Of a stretch of DNA of 64,000 nucleotides, positions 28,384 to 36,275 are shown piece after piece. Each line of letters begins with the position of its first letter. The stretch's first letter is position 1. Below the pieces are notes generated by a model. That model searched no databases. It was not told where the DNA came from and saw only the letters and a program-made list of their open reading frames with translations. The stretch lies in NCBI GenBank assembly GCA_007378985.1, contig VMHB01000001.1, positions 64,252 through 128,251 on the forward strand, in the 5' to 3' direction. A program made the position numbers and the translations under genes. This DNA is from Parcubacteria group bacterium Greene0714_7. GTDB taxonomy: Bacteria; Patescibacteriota; Minisyncoccia; Phycocordibacterales; Phycocordibacteraceae.

Positions 28384-29673
28384 ATGAAGCTTTTTAATGT
28401 AATCGTCGTTGGTATCTTTCTTGCGCTCGCCATTAGTGCAGTTATCATTTTTTCAACGTTCACCGCACTAAATAAAAATAGTGTTGGCAAAGTGTCTGTG
28501 TGGGGTTCGCTTCCTCTCTCTACTTTTGAAGCAGTAATGGGGGGGTTGCAGGAAGGAAACAGCACCTATGATGGTGTTACGTACACATTTGTTCCTGCTT
28601 CTGAGCTCATTCCAAATCTTGTTGAAGCCATTGCTGCCGGCAGGGGTCCTGACTTGGTTATTTTTCCTGCTGAATATTTACTCTCTCAAGGCGACAAGCT
28701 TGTCTCTATTCCTTATAGCAATGTGAGTCGGCGTGAATTTCAGAACACCTTCATTCAGGCAGGCGAGGTGTTTTTGGCCAATGATGGCATAAAAGGAATT
28801 CCATTCACCGTTGATCCTTTGGTGATGTATTGGAATCGTACATTGTTTGCAAATGCAGGCCTTGCACAGCCACCAAAGTTTTGGGATGAACTTTCTGACA
28901 TAGCTCCGCGTCTTACAAAAACACAAGAAAACGGAACATTGACTCAAAATTCTGTTGCACTTGGTGCGTGGGATAACATCTTTCACGCAAAGGCTATTTT
29001 TCTTACACTCGCCCATCAACTTGGAAACCCTGTCGTTGGAAGAAATAGTGAAGGGGTATATGTATCTATGATTTCAGAAGGAGCTGTGGAGAGCGGTGCC
29101 CTCACGCCTGTAAATTCAGCTGTTCGTTTTTATACTGATTTTTCTGATCCAGTAAAACCTGTGTATTCATGGAATCGCTCAGCACCTGAATCGCGAAATG
29201 CATTTCTTGCAGGAGGGGTTGCCATGTATTTTGGTTCCGTGAGTGAACTCTTGGGGATGCGTCAGGCAAATCCAAATCTAAACTTTGATGTGGCACCAGT
29301 CCCGTCAGTTCGAGGTGGTGGAGCAGGGGTTTCGGCAGAGGTGACAGCGCTCTCGATTCCTCGAGGAAGTCGCAACATTGGGGGATCACTTGCCGTTGCA
29401 CTCGCACTTACCTCTGCAAAGTCACAGCAAGCGCTCTTATCGCTTATTTCACTTCCTTCAGTTCGAAGAGACGCGGTATCAAATAATCCAAATGATCCAT
29501 ATGGTGCAATGTTTCAAAATGCCGCAGTACTTTCGTTTTCGTTTCTTGATCCAGACCCATCAGCAACGGACGCAATCTTTAAAAGGATGATGGAAAGCGT
29601 ATCCTCTGGCAAGCTTCGGGTAACAGAGGCATCACAAGGTGCACATAGCGAATTGCAGGCACTTTTGAGGTAA
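28384..29673 (+). CDS. Extracellular solute-binding-protein-like protein (SBP family 1 / MalE-like fold) with N-terminal TM anchor
   Basis: N-terminal TM; DLVIFPAEYL and PKFWDEL-type motifs typical of cluster-B sugar-binding proteins; no adjacent ABC permease or ATPase. Confidence 0.55.
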   Translation: MKLFNVIVVGIFLALAISAVIIFSTFTALNKNSVGKVSVWGSLPLSTFEAVMGGLQEGNSTYDGVTYTFVPASELIPNLVEAIAAGRGPDLVIFPAEYLLSQGDKLVSIPYSNVSRREFQNTFIQAGEVFLANDGIKGIPFTVDPLVMYWNRTLFANAGLAQPPKFWDELSDIAPRLTKTQENGTLTQNSVALGAWDNIFHAKAIFLTLAHQLGNPVVGRNSEGVYVSMISEGAVESGALTPVNSAVRFYTDFSDPVKPVYSWNRSAPESRNAFLAGGVAMYFGSVSELLGMRQANPNLNFDVAPVPSVRGGGAGVSAEVTALSIPRGSRNIGGSLAVALALTSAKSQQALLSLISLPSVRRDAVSNNPNDPYGAMFQNAAVLSFSFLDPDPSATDAIFKRMMESVSSGKLRVTEASQGAHSELQALLR

Positions 29674-29744
29674 GAATTAGGGTATATAGTGTTTAGGCGA
29701 TGCCTCATTGGATCCGTAGGGATCATAAGAAAACAAAAAACAAT

Positions 29745-30110
29745 ATGAAAAAAATATTTGCACGAGCTCTCCCGTTTTCTCTGTCGTTAGCATTGCCTTT
29801 TGTTGTACTTGCATCTGGTTGCGATAGTGCAAGCGCTGGAGGTCTTTGTAATCCTCTTGGATATAATTCTCTGTGGGAATTTTTACAGCGAATGCTCCAG
29901 TTGATTACTCAAATTGGTTTTCCTGTGATTGTGCTTTTCATTGTATTCATAGGGTTTAAATTCATCACTGCCGAAGGCAAACCTGAAGAGATTGCAAAAG
30001 TTAGAAGTCTCTTTTTCTGGGCGATCGTTGGCTCTTTAGTGGTGCTTGGAGCTCAAGCGCTTGCACTTGCAATACAGGCAACTGTTAACGATATTCAGGC
30101 TGGCTTGTAA
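29745..30110 (+). CDS. T4SS-pilin-like (TrbC/VirB2-type) small membrane protein, paralog 1
   Basis: Signal peptide, Cys-containing stretch, then two hydrophobic helices separated by a short charged loop (TAEGKPEEIAKVRS). Confidence 0.5.
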   Translation: MKKIFARALPFSLSLALPFVVLASGCDSASAGGLCNPLGYNSLWEFLQRMLQLITQIGFPVIVLFIVFIGFKFITAEGKPEEIAKVRSLFFWAIVGSLVVLGAQALALAIQATVNDIQAGL

Positions 30111-30118
30111 AAATATTT

Positions 30119-30553
30119 ATGACACTGACATCGATTATTAACACCATGACGGATGTTGTGACGTTAGCGGTTCCGTGGGTTCTCGTATTTTTGATTTTTT
30201 ATTGGAATGCTTACAAAATTATTTTTGACGCCGATAACGCAGAAAAAAGAAAACAGGCACTCCCTCGTCTTATATGGAGTATTGTTGCGCTCGCTATAAT
30301 CTTTTCTTTAGGAGGAATCGTCAATATAATTAGCAACACACTTCTTGGCTCAAGTAGTTCAACATTTGCACCTTCTAGTTCTTCGTCTCAGTCGCCTGAA
30401 CTTTTAGGTGGATCAAGGGCTGGAACATTAGGTACGCCAGCACCAGGTACTTCTCCAACCACTCCACGCTCACCAATTAACCCAAATATAGACCCAAGAG
30501 GAGAAATACGAACCCTACCTTCTTCTGGAGCTAATCCAGTGCGGGATATTTAA
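30119..30553 (+). CDS. T4SS-pilin-like small membrane protein, paralog 2, with a Ser/Pro/Thr-rich C-terminal tail
   Basis: Two TM helices around a DADNAEKRKQ loop, same spacing as the neighbouring paralogs; low-complexity S/P/T tail. Confidence 0.45.
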   Translation: MTLTSIINTMTDVVTLAVPWVLVFLIFYWNAYKIIFDADNAEKRKQALPRLIWSIVALAIIFSLGGIVNIISNTLLGSSSSTFAPSSSSSQSPELLGGSRAGTLGTPAPGTSPTTPRSPINPNIDPRGEIRTLPSSGANPVRDI

Positions 30554-30571
30554 AAAATTATATATTTTCAT

Positions 30572-30925
30572 ATGAAAAAAATAATCGGAATGACTTTTAT
30601 TGGCGCAACGGCACTCGTACCAGTTTCAACATTTGCAGCTGCAAGTACCATTCAGGATGTGCTCCGTAACCTTAACCTTCCACTTCAGCTCGCAACAACG
30701 CTTGTAGTAATGCTCGCACTTCTCCTCTTCTTTTGGGGTTTAGCTATGTATGTTTTTGGCTCATCTAATGATGAAAAGCGGAAAAAGGGTATACCTATGA
30801 TGATTTGGGGCGTTGTTGCTCTATTCGTGATGCTCTCTATCTTCGGTATCATTAATATGCTTCAGGCTACCTTTGGGGTTGGTTCTGGAACCCTCCAAAT
30901 CCCAACCATTAGTAGAGGGCAATAG
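30572..30925 (+). CDS. T4SS-pilin-like small membrane protein, paralog 3
   Basis: Signal peptide (…FAAAS); TM1-FGSSNDEKRKKGI-TM2 core nearly identical to paralog 4. Confidence 0.55.
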   Translation: MKKIIGMTFIGATALVPVSTFAAASTIQDVLRNLNLPLQLATTLVVMLALLLFFWGLAMYVFGSSNDEKRKKGIPMMIWGVVALFVMLSIFGIINMLQATFGVGSGTLQIPTISRGQ

Positions 30926-31046
30926 GCTATTGTGGTTCTCCACATCCCGTTTATACATTTTCCTTTGAAACAGGGGGAATGATACAATTAAGGCTGACTT
31001 ATTATTCAGGAGATTTATCTCGTTATATTTAATTGTTCGTAATTAT

Positions 31047-31421
31047 ATGAAAGGATTTTTAAGAACTGGTATTGCCACTGTCGTCGCTCTTGCTCCATTT
31101 GCTGCATTTGCTGCAGGCGGTGTTGATAACGCACTTACAAAAATTGGTGCTTTGATTACACAAGCAACACCAATTGTCGTTGCTCTTGCTCTTCTTGCCT
31201 TCTTCTGGGGTTTGGTTACCTACATCTTCGGTTCTTCAAATGATGAAAAACGAAAGAAAGGTATCCACATAATGGTATGGGGCATTATCGCTCTCTTCGT
31301 CATGCTCTCTGTCTTCGGTATCATCAATGCTCTTCAGAGCACATTAGGTGTTGAAAATACAACGACAATTCAGATTCCACAGGTGACTCCAGGTACTAAT
31401 GGAGGAGGAACTGCTCGTTAG
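31047..31421 (+). CDS. T4SS-pilin-like small membrane protein, paralog 4
   Basis: Signal peptide (…FAAFAAGG); the same FGSSNDEKRKKGIHIMVWG core. Confidence 0.55.
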   Translation: MKGFLRTGIATVVALAPFAAFAAGGVDNALTKIGALITQATPIVVALALLAFFWGLVTYIFGSSNDEKRKKGIHIMVWGIIALFVMLSVFGIINALQSTLGVENTTTIQIPQVTPGTNGGGTAR

Positions 31422-31497
31422 GATTTTCCAAGTCTTGAATAACCACAAGAATTAAGAAGTTGTTTGGTTCATTTAAGTCTTTTGTATTGATTAGTTA

Positions 31498-31700
31498 TGG
31501 ATGTACTGTCTAAATTCATTGGTAAGATTGTTGAGTTGATACTCAACGGTATTCATTGCACATGCAGATAATCCTGAGGAAAGAAAAAAAGGAGAACGAA
31601 AGATGCTTTGGGGGATCATTGGATTCTTCATCATGGTATCTGTTATAGGCATCCTGACTGCGGTTACGGGAACCTTCGGGGTTAGTTTACCGAGGTAATT
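31498..31700 (+). pseudogene. Decayed fragments of a fifth pilin-like paralog
   Basis: A short N-terminal ORF (MDVLSKFIGKIVELILNGIHCTCR*) followed, out of frame, by EERKKGERKMLWGIIGFFIMVSVIGIL..., matching the loop and TM2 of the paralogs. Confidence 0.5.
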
Positions 31701-31724
31701 AATACAAAAAAAGAGATTAATAAA

Positions 31725-31755
31725 ACACTCCGCGAATAGCGGAGTGTTTTATATT
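31725..31755. terminator. Intrinsic terminator (aaaacactccgcgaatagcggagtgtttta)
   Basis: 9-bp stem with flanking A-tract and T-tract. Confidence 0.6.
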
Positions 31756-31789
31756 TGAAGTGTGTAGAGAGATGTAGGGTGACTTGGTC

Positions 31790-31986
31790 ACGAGTCACTA
31801 ACTATTTTGCTTCGCTCGCTCGCAAAATACTAAGTGCTCTCGAAGCCTCTCGGCACGATTTGCTAATCGCCCAGCTCGGCAATTTTGCCTTATGCTTCGC
31901 ATAAACAAAATTATGCCTCCGCCTTTCAAGTCCTCACGCACGTAAAGCAGTTTGCGTGCTTTCCGCCTACACTCGTAAACTCATTG
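31790..31986. repeat. Non-coding repeat modules downstream of tRNA-Leu(TAG): an inverted partial copy of the conserved hairpin element (31790-31870) and a repeat-unit core whose end copies the local T-arm (agctcggcaattttgcc...ccgcctttcaagtcctcacgc)
   Basis: 31874-31940 aligns with 2807-2877, except that the terminal T-loop mimic is ttcaagtcctc (Leu-TAG T-arm) instead of ttcgaatccctc (Val T-arm). Confidence 0.55.
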
Positions 31987-32068
31987 TGGGCGGAAGAGGA
32001 CTTGAACCTCCACCCCTTGCGGGACCAGCTCCTAAGGCTGGCGCGTCTGCCAATTTCGCCATCCGCCC
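31987..32068 (-). tRNA. tRNA-Leu (anticodon TAG)
   Basis: Reverse complement: acceptor GGGCGGA/TCCGCCC, anticodon stem-loop CCAGC-CTTAGGA-GCTGG, long variable arm, T-arm GGAGGTTCAAGTCCTCT. Confidence 0.75.
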
Positions 32069-32153
32069 AATGCTTGAAGAGTAGCATTAGACGCCTGCTA
32101 TTCAAAGATTCATGCTTTTAAAATGTACTTATTTCTGTTAGAGTTTCTCAATC

Positions 32154-32227
32154 TGCCCGAAAGCTATGCTTACGGGTGGAAATAAAAAAGAGAAGAAACA
32201 TTCGCCCGTAAGCATAGCTTTCGGGCG
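32154..32227. repeat. Perfect 21-22-bp inverted repeat (gcccgaaagctatgcttacggg ... cccgtaagcatagctttcgggc) with a 28-nt A-rich loop
   Basis: Read directly; no flanking T-tract, and it lies inside a gene-free region. A second 11-bp hairpin follows at 32239-32264. Confidence 0.5.
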
Positions 32228-32274
32228 CTTCGCTCCAAGATAGTGAAAACAAATTTTCACTATCCTTCTCGCTC

Positions 32275-32327
32275 GCGCCCGTAGCTCAGTTGGTAGAGCG
32301 ACTCCCTCTTAAGGAGACGGTCGCAGG
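32275..32327 (+). pseudogene. tRNA-Lys-like 5' fragment (acceptor, D-arm, anticodon arm CTT, 5' T-stem) with no matching 3' half
   Basis: GCGCCCG-TA-GCTCAGTTGGTAGAGC-G-ACTCC-CTCTTAA-GGAGA-CGGTC-GCAGG, followed at once by the conserved hairpin element. No TTCGAAT-CCTGC-CGGGCGC found downstream. Confidence 0.5.
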
Positions 32328-32334
32328 ATTTTCT

Positions 32335-32580
32335 TGTTTTGTGCGTGCCGGAGCCATGTCGCTTTGCGACGGCGAGGCGGGGTCGAGAGCACTTAGTATT
32401 TTCTGAGTCTTACGAGAATAATACTTAGTGAATCGTGACCACAAAAAATAAAAAAGCACTACGCAAGTAGTGTTTTTTGCTTGTGTGCGTGCCGGAACGA
32501 TGTCCTGAGTCTCGAAGGACCGTGAGGCGGGGCCAGCGACCGAGACGAGCGACGGCGAGTCGAGAGTCGTGGCCACAAAT
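32335..32580. ncRNA. Two tandem copies (one complete, one variant) of a conserved about 100-nt hairpin element (gccggagccatgtcgcttgcgacgg-cgaggcggggtcgag-gcacttagtatttt...aaaatacttagtga-gtgaccacaaa)
   Basis: 32345-32450 matches 10293-10395 with substitutions confined to the loop of the long cacttagtatttt/aaaatacttagtg stem. 32480-32570 shares the ends and has a different central hairpin. Calling it an RNA is inference. Confidence 0.4.
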
Positions 32581-32682
32581 TCTCCTTATTTGAGGAACTG
32601 CGAGCCGAGCGATTAGAGAATCGTGCCGAAGCCCTACCGAGCCCAGAGGGATCAATTATGGATGCTAGTATTTTAGTTACCT

Positions 32683-33216
32683 ATGGTCCTTCTTCATAAT
32701 TTCTGGTTCATTCAATTCCTTGGTGCGATAGCTCTCGTTTTTGTAGTGCTCGCATGGAATGCAAAAACTCGTAGAAATATACTCTTTTTACAATCTATCA
32801 ATTTAATTTTCTTTATTTTTCACTACGCACTTCTTTCTGCATATGCAGGTGCTGCAATGTGTTTAGTGGTTCTAGGGCGAAATAGTGTTTTTATTCAAGC
32901 AAATCAGAAAAAATGGGCAAAACATCCTGTCTGGTTTTACCTCTTCTCATTGATGTCAGTGGCAGTGCTTGTCGTTTTTTGGAAAGGATTGATTACTATT
33001 TTGCCTGTTGTAGGAGTTATTATCGGCACCTACGCTATCTCAAGAGATCATCCTAAAGATATTAGATTCTACATGCTCATTGCATGTGTCATTTGGATTC
33101 CGTACACCATTGTTGTTCAGTCATATTCAGGACTCTTGAGTCAGATAGTTGGCGCTGTAGCTATTCTTATGGGGATGTATCGACACGACCGAAAGAAAGA
33201 ACCCATCCCGTTATGA
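32683..33216 (+). CDS. YgjV-like inner membrane protein (5-6 TM helices)
   Basis: Hydrophobicity pattern and length. The family assignment is tentative. Confidence 0.4.
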   Translation: MVLLHNFWFIQFLGAIALVFVVLAWNAKTRRNILFLQSINLIFFIFHYALLSAYAGAAMCLVVLGRNSVFIQANQKKWAKHPVWFYLFSLMSVAVLVVFWKGLITILPVVGVIIGTYAISRDHPKDIRFYMLIACVIWIPYTIVVQSYSGLLSQIVGAVAILMGMYRHDRKKEPIPL

Positions 33217-33254
33217 GTATAAGACTTTAAAAAATTACGGCGCTGTTGTAGAGT

Positions 33255-33809
33255 TTAAAACTCATACACATACAGTGTGTGTTTGTGTCTGCCCGCAACA
33301 ACTACAGTTTCAATTGGTTCTTTTGTTTTGAAAGGGAAGTCACAGGAAATAACTCGGGTTCCTTTTTTTAATTCTGCTTCGAACTTTGGCAAAAGTTTTT
33401 CCACGACTTCAGGAAATAAATACATGTATATATGTGTTGCGTTGCTCAGTGGTACGCGTGAGAAGTTTTTGAAAAGAGTTTTTACATTTTTCAATGGTTT
33501 TCTCCAGAAACGAATTTGGGTGAGTGTGTAGGGAAGTGGGGCTTTTTCGACGCCTGTTGCAAACGCATCTGGATAGGCTGAACCAATGGTAGCAATAACA
33601 CGCCCGTCACCAGAGCCGAGATCGTAAAATTGATCGCCTGCCTTCATTGCCAGTAATCGCTTTACTTCATCAATTACATGCTGAGGTATTGGCACATAGG
33701 GTACTTTAGTTGTGACGATGCCGTAGCTCATCAACAGTAAAAAAAAGAAGCACACTAGCCAGATAAGTATTAGTAATACATAAAGGGCTAGAACAAGGAA
33801 AAGAGTCAT
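33255..33809 (-). CDS. Membrane-anchored class I SAM-dependent methyltransferase
   Basis: N-terminal TM helix, then motif I FYDLGSGDGRVI. The longer ORF (to 34070) would translate the tRNA trailer repeats, so the start was placed at MTLFLVLALYVL. Confidence 0.55.
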   Translation of the reverse strand: MTLFLVLALYVLLILIWLVCFFFLLLMSYGIVTTKVPYVPIPQHVIDEVKRLLAMKAGDQFYDLGSGDGRVIATIGSAYPDAFATGVEKAPLPYTLTQIRFWRKPLKNVKTLFKNFSRVPLSNATHIYMYLFPEVVEKLLPKFEAELKKGTRVISCDFPFKTKEPIETVVVAGRHKHTLYVYEF

Positions 33810-33939
33810 ATGTGCGAAGTAGTATATCGTATCTTTTTTGCCTGCACTGAGTGAGTAAATCGAGTCGAGGTGTGCTGGGGGAGGGACTCCACTCCGGTCG
33901 CTCGTTGACTCTCGCGCCTCCGTGCCGGCCCTCGCGGTT

Positions 33940-34076
33940 TTTGCCTTGTCTCTTGCAGACTCAAGACAAACAAAAACATCGCTCCGGACTTCGAGTCCCA
34001 CACGCAAGCGTCGCAGGGCGCTTGCTCCTGGGCACCATAAAATAAAGTCGCACGGATGCGCGACTAACATTTTTTA
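33940..34076. repeat. tRNA-Leu(TAA) trailer: an inverted copy of the T-arm (ggacttcgagtcccacac) and a 16-bp inverted repeat that pairs with the tRNA 3' end (cctgggcaccataaaa / ttttatggtgcccagg) enclosing a small hairpin
   Basis: Read directly. Confidence 0.55.
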
Positions 34077-34162
34077 TGGTGCCCAGGGTGGGACTCGAAC
34101 CCACATTCCTTACGGAACTCGATCTTAAGTCGAGCGTGTCTACCAATTTCACCACCCGGGCG
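34077..34162 (-). tRNA. tRNA-Leu (anticodon TAA), CCA encoded
   Basis: Reverse complement: acceptor GCCCGGG/CCTGGGC, anticodon stem-loop CTCGA-CTTAAGA-TCGAG, long variable arm, T-arm GGGTTCGAGTCCCAC, then ACCA. Confidence 0.8.
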
Positions 34163-34288
34163 GGTGTTACTTGATTATGATACAGGATTAAGGAATTAAG
34201 GGGAATTGCCCTCTCACGGTTTTTTGAAACAAAAAACATCGTTCCGGCTTTCGATTCCCGACGTAAAGCATGCAGATGCTTTACTCCA

Positions 34289-34364
34289 TGGAGGCCACGG
34301 CGGGAATCGAACCCGCGCAATATCGGTTTTGCAAACCGCTGCGTTTCCACTTCGCCACGTGGCC
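34289..34364 (-). tRNA. tRNA-Cys (anticodon GCA), CCA encoded
   Basis: Reverse complement: acceptor GGCCACG/CGTGGCC, anticodon loop with GCA, T-arm GCGGGTTCGATTCCCGC, then TCCA. Confidence 0.75.
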
Positions 34365-34379
34365 TGTCTGAGTACAATA

Positions 34380-34706
34380 CTATGTCACTCCGTTTCCCTC
34401 AACGCTCTCACCCATGTCAGGGTCGGGAAGGAAAGTTACTCGAGGCACGGTGTGGAGTCGTGCCTGTGTTTTTAAGAAAACGAGAAATTCTTGGCGTTGA
34501 CGTGATAAGAAATCTGCCACTGCATGCGTTTGTTCTTTCGGTAATACGCTCACAAAGATTTGTGCAGTTTTTCCACCATCAGTAATATGTACTTTTGTGA
34601 CGGTAATAAGTGAACGACGATTTGATTCACGGTTAATGAACTGTGCGGCCGCGGCACTTAGTGCTGATATGAAGCGTTCGTCTCTATGAATTTGATCTCG
34701 TGGCAT
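34380..34706 (-). CDS. rbfA: Ribosome-binding factor A
   Basis: About 108-aa KH-like protein (…ITVTKVHITDGGKTAQIFVSV…) immediately downstream of infB. Confidence 0.75.
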   Translation of the reverse strand: MPRDQIHRDERFISALSAAAAQFINRESNRRSLITVTKVHITDGGKTAQIFVSVLPKEQTHAVADFLSRQRQEFLVFLKTQARLHTVPRVTFLPDPDMGESVEGNGVT

Positions 34707-34712
34707 GGAGGA

Positions 34713-36239
34713 TTATGTTTTCTTGAACAGTGCACTCACGGTGTCACCTGCAACAATGTCTGCCTTGGATTCAATTTGTGCCCCGAATTCCATTCCTTCG
34801 GTGATTTCACCAACATCAGCACGCTGTGTTTGGAGGTTTACCACTTTTCCCGTTCCTACTTCAATGCCACGACGGTGTATCAGCACCTGATCTTTGAGGT
34901 GGATGATTCCTGTGAGCACTTTTCCTCCTACGACATGTTTTGCGCCAGAGCTTGAAAAATGTTTAATGATTTGAGCGGTACCAGAAATTGCACCTTCTTC
35001 CATTTCTGGTTTGAATTTTTTTATTTCTTCTTTAAGCCAATCACCAAGTTCGTAAATGATGGCACGCGTTTCAATGGTGATGCGCTGTCTTTCGGCAAGG
35101 TCTTTTGCCGAAGCGTCTGCCTTTACATTGAAACCAAGAACAATAGCAGGGGAGAAACCAATGAATGGTCTGATGTCGTTATCAGAAATTGGACCAACAG
35201 TGCCAGAGACAATGTGCAATTCAATTCCTTCTTCTGAAATTTTTGCGAGTTCGTGTTCAAGCGCCTCAAGTGAGCCGGCGGTATCTGCTTTTAGCGCTAG
35301 TCGCACGAGTGTGCGCTTGCCACCACCCTCTATTGCGCTACCGCGTGGTTTCGCTTGAGTGGGCTGTCGTACTTCATCAGTGAGTTTCTCAGCTTCTTTT
35401 TTAGTTTTGACTATTGAAAGAATACTTCCAACTTTTGGTTCAGAGTCAAAACCGGTTATGCGTGCAGGTTTACCACAAGAAATTTCTGTAACCTTTGCTC
35501 CTGTAAAATCTTCTAGTGTACGAAGTGGTGCCATGGCGCTTCCTATTACAGCAAAACCACCAATAGTTATTGTTCCTGAGCGGACAATTACAGTCGCACT
35601 TATTCCCGCTTTTGGATCACGAGCAGATTCTATAACGATTCCTTCTACTTCTTTTGTTGCATCGCAGGTGATGGAGTGTAGGTCAGCGGTGAGTCCAATG
35701 AGGTCAAGTAACTCTGATACGCCAGCACCTGTTTTCCCAGAGACTCCCACAAAGGATATATCGCCACCCAAGCCTTCAAGGTAAATGCCGTTTTTCATCA
35801 CGCTTTCTTTTGCGCGGTCTAAAGAGGCAGTGTCTTTGTCAATTTTTGTGAAGGCGACAATAAAAGGAATACCTGCTTCAAGTATTGCTTTATGTGCTTC
35901 CAAAGTCTGTGGCTTTACACCGTCATCAGCCGCAACAATAAGAATTGCGATGTCAGCAGCAGCGCCAGCTCGGGCTCGCATTTTTTGAAAAGCTTCATGT
36001 CCTGGGGTGTCGATGAAGGTGATATGTCTTTCTCCTTCAGCTCCTGTATGAGTGACCTCATATGCTGATACACGCTGAGTGATACCGCCTGTTTCCTTTG
36101 CGGCGACTGCAGATTTTCGTATGTAGTCTAGAAGTGTTGTCTTGCCATGGTCAATATGCCCGACAATTGCGACAACTGGTTGGTGACATTCTTTAGGATT
36201 GGCTGATCGTGGACTTGTCATAGTGCAAGAGAAACACAA
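34713..36239 (-). CDS. infB: Translation initiation factor IF-2 (short form lacking the N-terminal domain)
   Basis: G-domain VVAIVGHIDHGKTTLLD, DTPGHEAF, NKID; 508 aa. Confidence 0.9.
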   Translation of the reverse strand: MCFSCTMTSPRSANPKECHQPVVAIVGHIDHGKTTLLDYIRKSAVAAKETGGITQRVSAYEVTHTGAEGERHITFIDTPGHEAFQKMRARAGAAADIAILIVAADDGVKPQTLEAHKAILEAGIPFIVAFTKIDKDTASLDRAKESVMKNGIYLEGLGGDISFVGVSGKTGAGVSELLDLIGLTADLHSITCDATKEVEGIVIESARDPKAGISATVIVRSGTITIGGFAVIGSAMAPLRTLEDFTGAKVTEISCGKPARITGFDSEPKVGSILSIVKTKKEAEKLTDEVRQPTQAKPRGSAIEGGGKRTLVRLALKADTAGSLEALEHELAKISEEGIELHIVSGTVGPISDNDIRPFIGFSPAIVLGFNVKADASAKDLAERQRITIETRAIIYELGDWLKEEIKKFKPEMEEGAISGTAQIIKHFSSSGAKHVVGGKVLTGIIHLKDQVLIHRRGIEVGTGKVVNLQTQRADVGEITEGMEFGAQIESKADIVAGDTVSALFKKT

Positions 36240-36275
36240 AAACGCTTCTTAAGCAAATAGCATGCGAGCTGTATC

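Noticed and set aside
31885-32655. ORFs 31885-32121(+), 32286-32576(-) and 32425-32655(-) in the repeat-rich region
   Set aside because: They overlap tRNA-Leu(TAG), the tRNA-Lys fragment and the conserved hairpin elements. Their translations are low-complexity. Treated as non-coding.
33810-34070. N-terminal 87-aa extension of the methyltransferase ORF (33255-34070)
   Set aside because: The extension would translate the tRNA-Leu(TAA) trailer repeats and hairpins and has Arg/Ala-rich junk composition. The start was moved to MTLFLVLALYVL.
35056-35988. Plus-strand ORFs of 64-141 aa
   Set aside because: They are antisense within infB and Ser/Ala/Pro-rich, as is typical of GC-biased antisense frames.
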